Source: Calditrichales bacterium (GTDB lineage: Bacteria > Calditrichota > Calditrichia > Calditrichales > J004). From it: a DNA stretch of 64,000 nucleotides. Where the stretch lies: the NCBI GenBank assembly GCA_965267575.1, contig OZ254086.1, positions 1,024,001-1,088,000 of the forward strand, in the 5' to 3' direction. Below, piece by piece: positions 62,257 to 64,000 of the stretch. The first letter of the stretch is position 1. Each line of letters begins with the position of its first letter. The translations under genes were made by a program, and so were the position numbers. Below the pieces are notes generated by a model. It saw nothing but the letters and a program-made list of their open reading frames with translations, had not been told where the DNA came from and made no database searches.

Positions 62257-62954
62257 TGGAAGTGGCCGCTTTGATGCTTGGATTTGTGGGTGGCCTGCAC
62301 TGCGTAGGCATGTGCGGACCGCTGGTGCTCGCCCTGCCTAAAAACGCCGCGCACAACCGCTGGCAATACTGGCTTGGTCGTCTAACCTACAACAGCGGGC
62401 GCGTTGTCACCTATGCCCTGATGGGTGCCGTGGCCGGCGCCGTGGGTCAGGTTGTTTCGCTGGCCGGCTACCAGACGGTGTTGAGCCTGGTTCTGGGCAC
62501 GCTGCTTATTCTCTCCTTTTTTCTGCCTTTCAGCCGTATAGGTTTGGGCATCAGCAATTCAACGATCTGGAAAAAATCCCTGGGCGCGTTATTCCGTAAA
62601 AAATCATTTTCGGCGCTGGCCGGCATTGGCCTGCTGAACGGCTTTTTGCCCTGCGGACTAGTTTACGCCGCCCTGGCCGGTGCCGCCGGAACGGGCACAA
62701 TCCTAAACGGCGTAATTTTTATGAGTCTCTTTGGCATCGCGACAGCACCGGCGCTGCTGGCCGTGGCCATGGTTAACAGAATTAAACGTTTTGACCACAC
62801 GCGCCTTGTGCGTAAAGCCTTGCCCGCCGCGGCCCTGATCCTCGGTTTTCTGCTCATCCTGCGTGGCCTCAATCTGGGCATTCCCTATATCAGCCCGGAC
62901 CTGGAGGCCATGCCGATGATGAACAGCGGCGAGACGGAAATGCAATGTCACTAA
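62256..62954 (+). CDS. DsbD_2/TauE-like membrane protein of cbb3 clusters
   Basis: LHCVGMCGPL, YNSGRVVTY, GFLPCGLVY. Confidence 0.88.
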   Translation: MEVAALMLGFVGGLHCVGMCGPLVLALPKNAAHNRWQYWLGRLTYNSGRVVTYALMGAVAGAVGQVVSLAGYQTVLSLVLGTLLILSFFLPFSRIGLGISNSTIWKKSLGALFRKKSFSALAGIGLLNGFLPCGLVYAALAGAAGTGTILNGVIFMSLFGIATAPALLAVAMVNRIKRFDHTRLVRKALPAAALILGFLLILRGLNLGIPYISPDLEAMPMMNSGETEMQCH

Positions 62955-62986
62955 GCTTGCCCTCATGCAGGGTTGGATGGAAGCAG

Positions 62987-63017
62987 AAGGCGCCCGCGTG
63001 GCGCCTTTTGTGTTTTT
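62987..63017 (+). terminator. Probable terminator after the cco cluster
   Basis: AAGGCGCC-cgcgt-GGCGCCTTTTgtgttttt. Confidence 0.65.
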
Positions 63018-63037
63018 GGGAGAGGTCTTCCCAAAGG

Positions 63038-63064
63038 TGTCATTCCCGCGGATGCGTGAATCCA
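63038..63064. repeat. Single REP-like arm
   Basis: TGTCATTCCCGCGGATGCGTGAATCCA. Confidence 0.65.
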
Positions 63065-63150
63065 TACTGACGGCAAATATGCTCTCATAATGAATGTGAA
63101 TTTTTTTGACGGGGATTTTGGGAGATCAACGCGGCAAGCTTCCGGACATG

Positions 63151-64000
63151 TTAGCCCTTAATGTCCAGCTCGCTCATTTTGCGGTAAAGCGAGGAGAGAC
63201 CCAGACCCAGCGCGGAAGCGGCCTCTTTTTTATCTCCGCCGTGCGCCTCCAGCACATTTAAAATATGGCGTCTTTCGAAATCATCCAGCGCCTGGCGCAG
63301 GTTTTGGGGCGTTTTCCTATCGCGGTTACGGGTCAGTTCCGGTGGCAGGTGGTGGCTTTCGATGTGTTCATCATCGCAAAAGATCATGGCCCGCTCTATG
63401 ACGTTTTCCAACTCACGAACGTTGCCCGGCCAGTCATGGTTTAAGAGATACTCCTGCGCCGCCGTGGTAACGGCTTTCACCTTTTTGTTAAGCTCCTTAT
63501 TCATGCGCTCTATAAACCAGGCCGCCAGCAGCAAAATATCGTCGCGCCGTTCCCGCAGCGGCGGTATGCGCAGCTCGATGACATTCAGCCGGAAATAGAG
63601 ATCTTCGCGGAAACGGTTTTCCTGCACTTCGCGCTGCAAGTCGCGGTTGGTGGCCGCCAGAATGCGTGCCTTAACCGGCAGCGTTTTTGTTGAACCCACC
63701 GGCATGATCTCCTGCTCCTCCAGCACGCGCAGCAATTTCACCTGCAGGTTAACCGGAATCGTCGAAATCTCATCCAGGAAAAGCGTGCCCGAGCCGGCGG
63801 CATGAAACAATCCTTCCTTATCTTTCACCGCTCCCGTAAAAGAGCCTTTTACGTGGCCAAACAGCTCACTCTCAATGAGGTTGTCGGGAATGGCGCCGCA
63901 GTTTACTGCCATAAAAGGATTTCGCGCGCGTTCGCTGTTTTCATGTATCAGGCGGGCAACAACCTCTTTGCCGGTGCCGCTTTCCCCGCTGATAAGCACG
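63151..64000 (-). CDS. Sigma54-dependent activator (AAA+ and Fis HTH), 5' end outside the window
   Basis: [50 protein letters not shown]. Confidence 0.93.
   Translation of the reverse strand, partial: VLISGESGTGKEVVARLIHENSERARNPFMAVNCGAIPDNLIESELFGHVKGSFTGAVKDKEGLFHAAGSGTLFLDEISTIPVNLQVKLLRVLEEQEIMPVGSTKTLPVKARILAATNRDLQREVQENRFREDLYFRLNVIELRIPPLRERRDDILLLAAWFIERMNKELNKKVKAVTTAAQEYLLNHDWPGNVRELENVIERAMIFCDDEHIESHHLPPELTRNRDRKTPQNLRQALDDFERRHILNVLEAHGGDKKEAASALGLGLSSLYRKMSELDIKG

Noticed and set aside
1-64000. rRNA, tRNA, riboswitches, IS elements, prophage or defence genes
   Set aside because: None were recognised by eye. An Rfam/Infernal and tRNAscan run would be needed to exclude small structured RNAs.

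Overview
This is a gene-dense bacterial chromosomal window with no rRNA, tRNA, CRISPR array or transposase visible. Three secreted proteins carry a 'YPNPFNP...G(I/V)Y' C-terminal sorting/FlgD-Ig-like domain. Together with fused ccoNO, an sdhCAB operon and a cimA-containing ilv/leu operon, this suggests an FCB-related, Calditrichota-like organism (inference only). In order, the window holds: a partial MOFRL glycerate kinase, a PAS protein, a lamin-tail secreted protein, htpG, and a FadL + SGNH-lipase pair; a prkA-yeaH-spoVR operon with a fourth unknown gene; an unusual FG-GAP/ASPIC-UnbV sensor kinase and sigma54 regulator, followed by a sigma54 promoter, a Tyr-rich lipoprotein and an outer-membrane barrel; sdhCAB; a 10-gene ilv/leu operon with an unannotated Ile/Leu/Val-rich leader peptide and repeat-filled spacers; a sodium:solute symporter and pncAB; a LuxR-TM-TolB/TPR one-component regulator next to a perfect palindrome and two exported proteins; GH3-CBM6, an M1 peptidase and a pseudo-receiver; a full cbb3 oxidase cluster; and a partial sigma54 activator. 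The best candidates for undescribed systems are the FG-GAP kinase module (13.8-21.3 kb) and the LuxR-TM-TPR module (44.9-49.3 kb). All family calls come from motif recognition; no database search was run.
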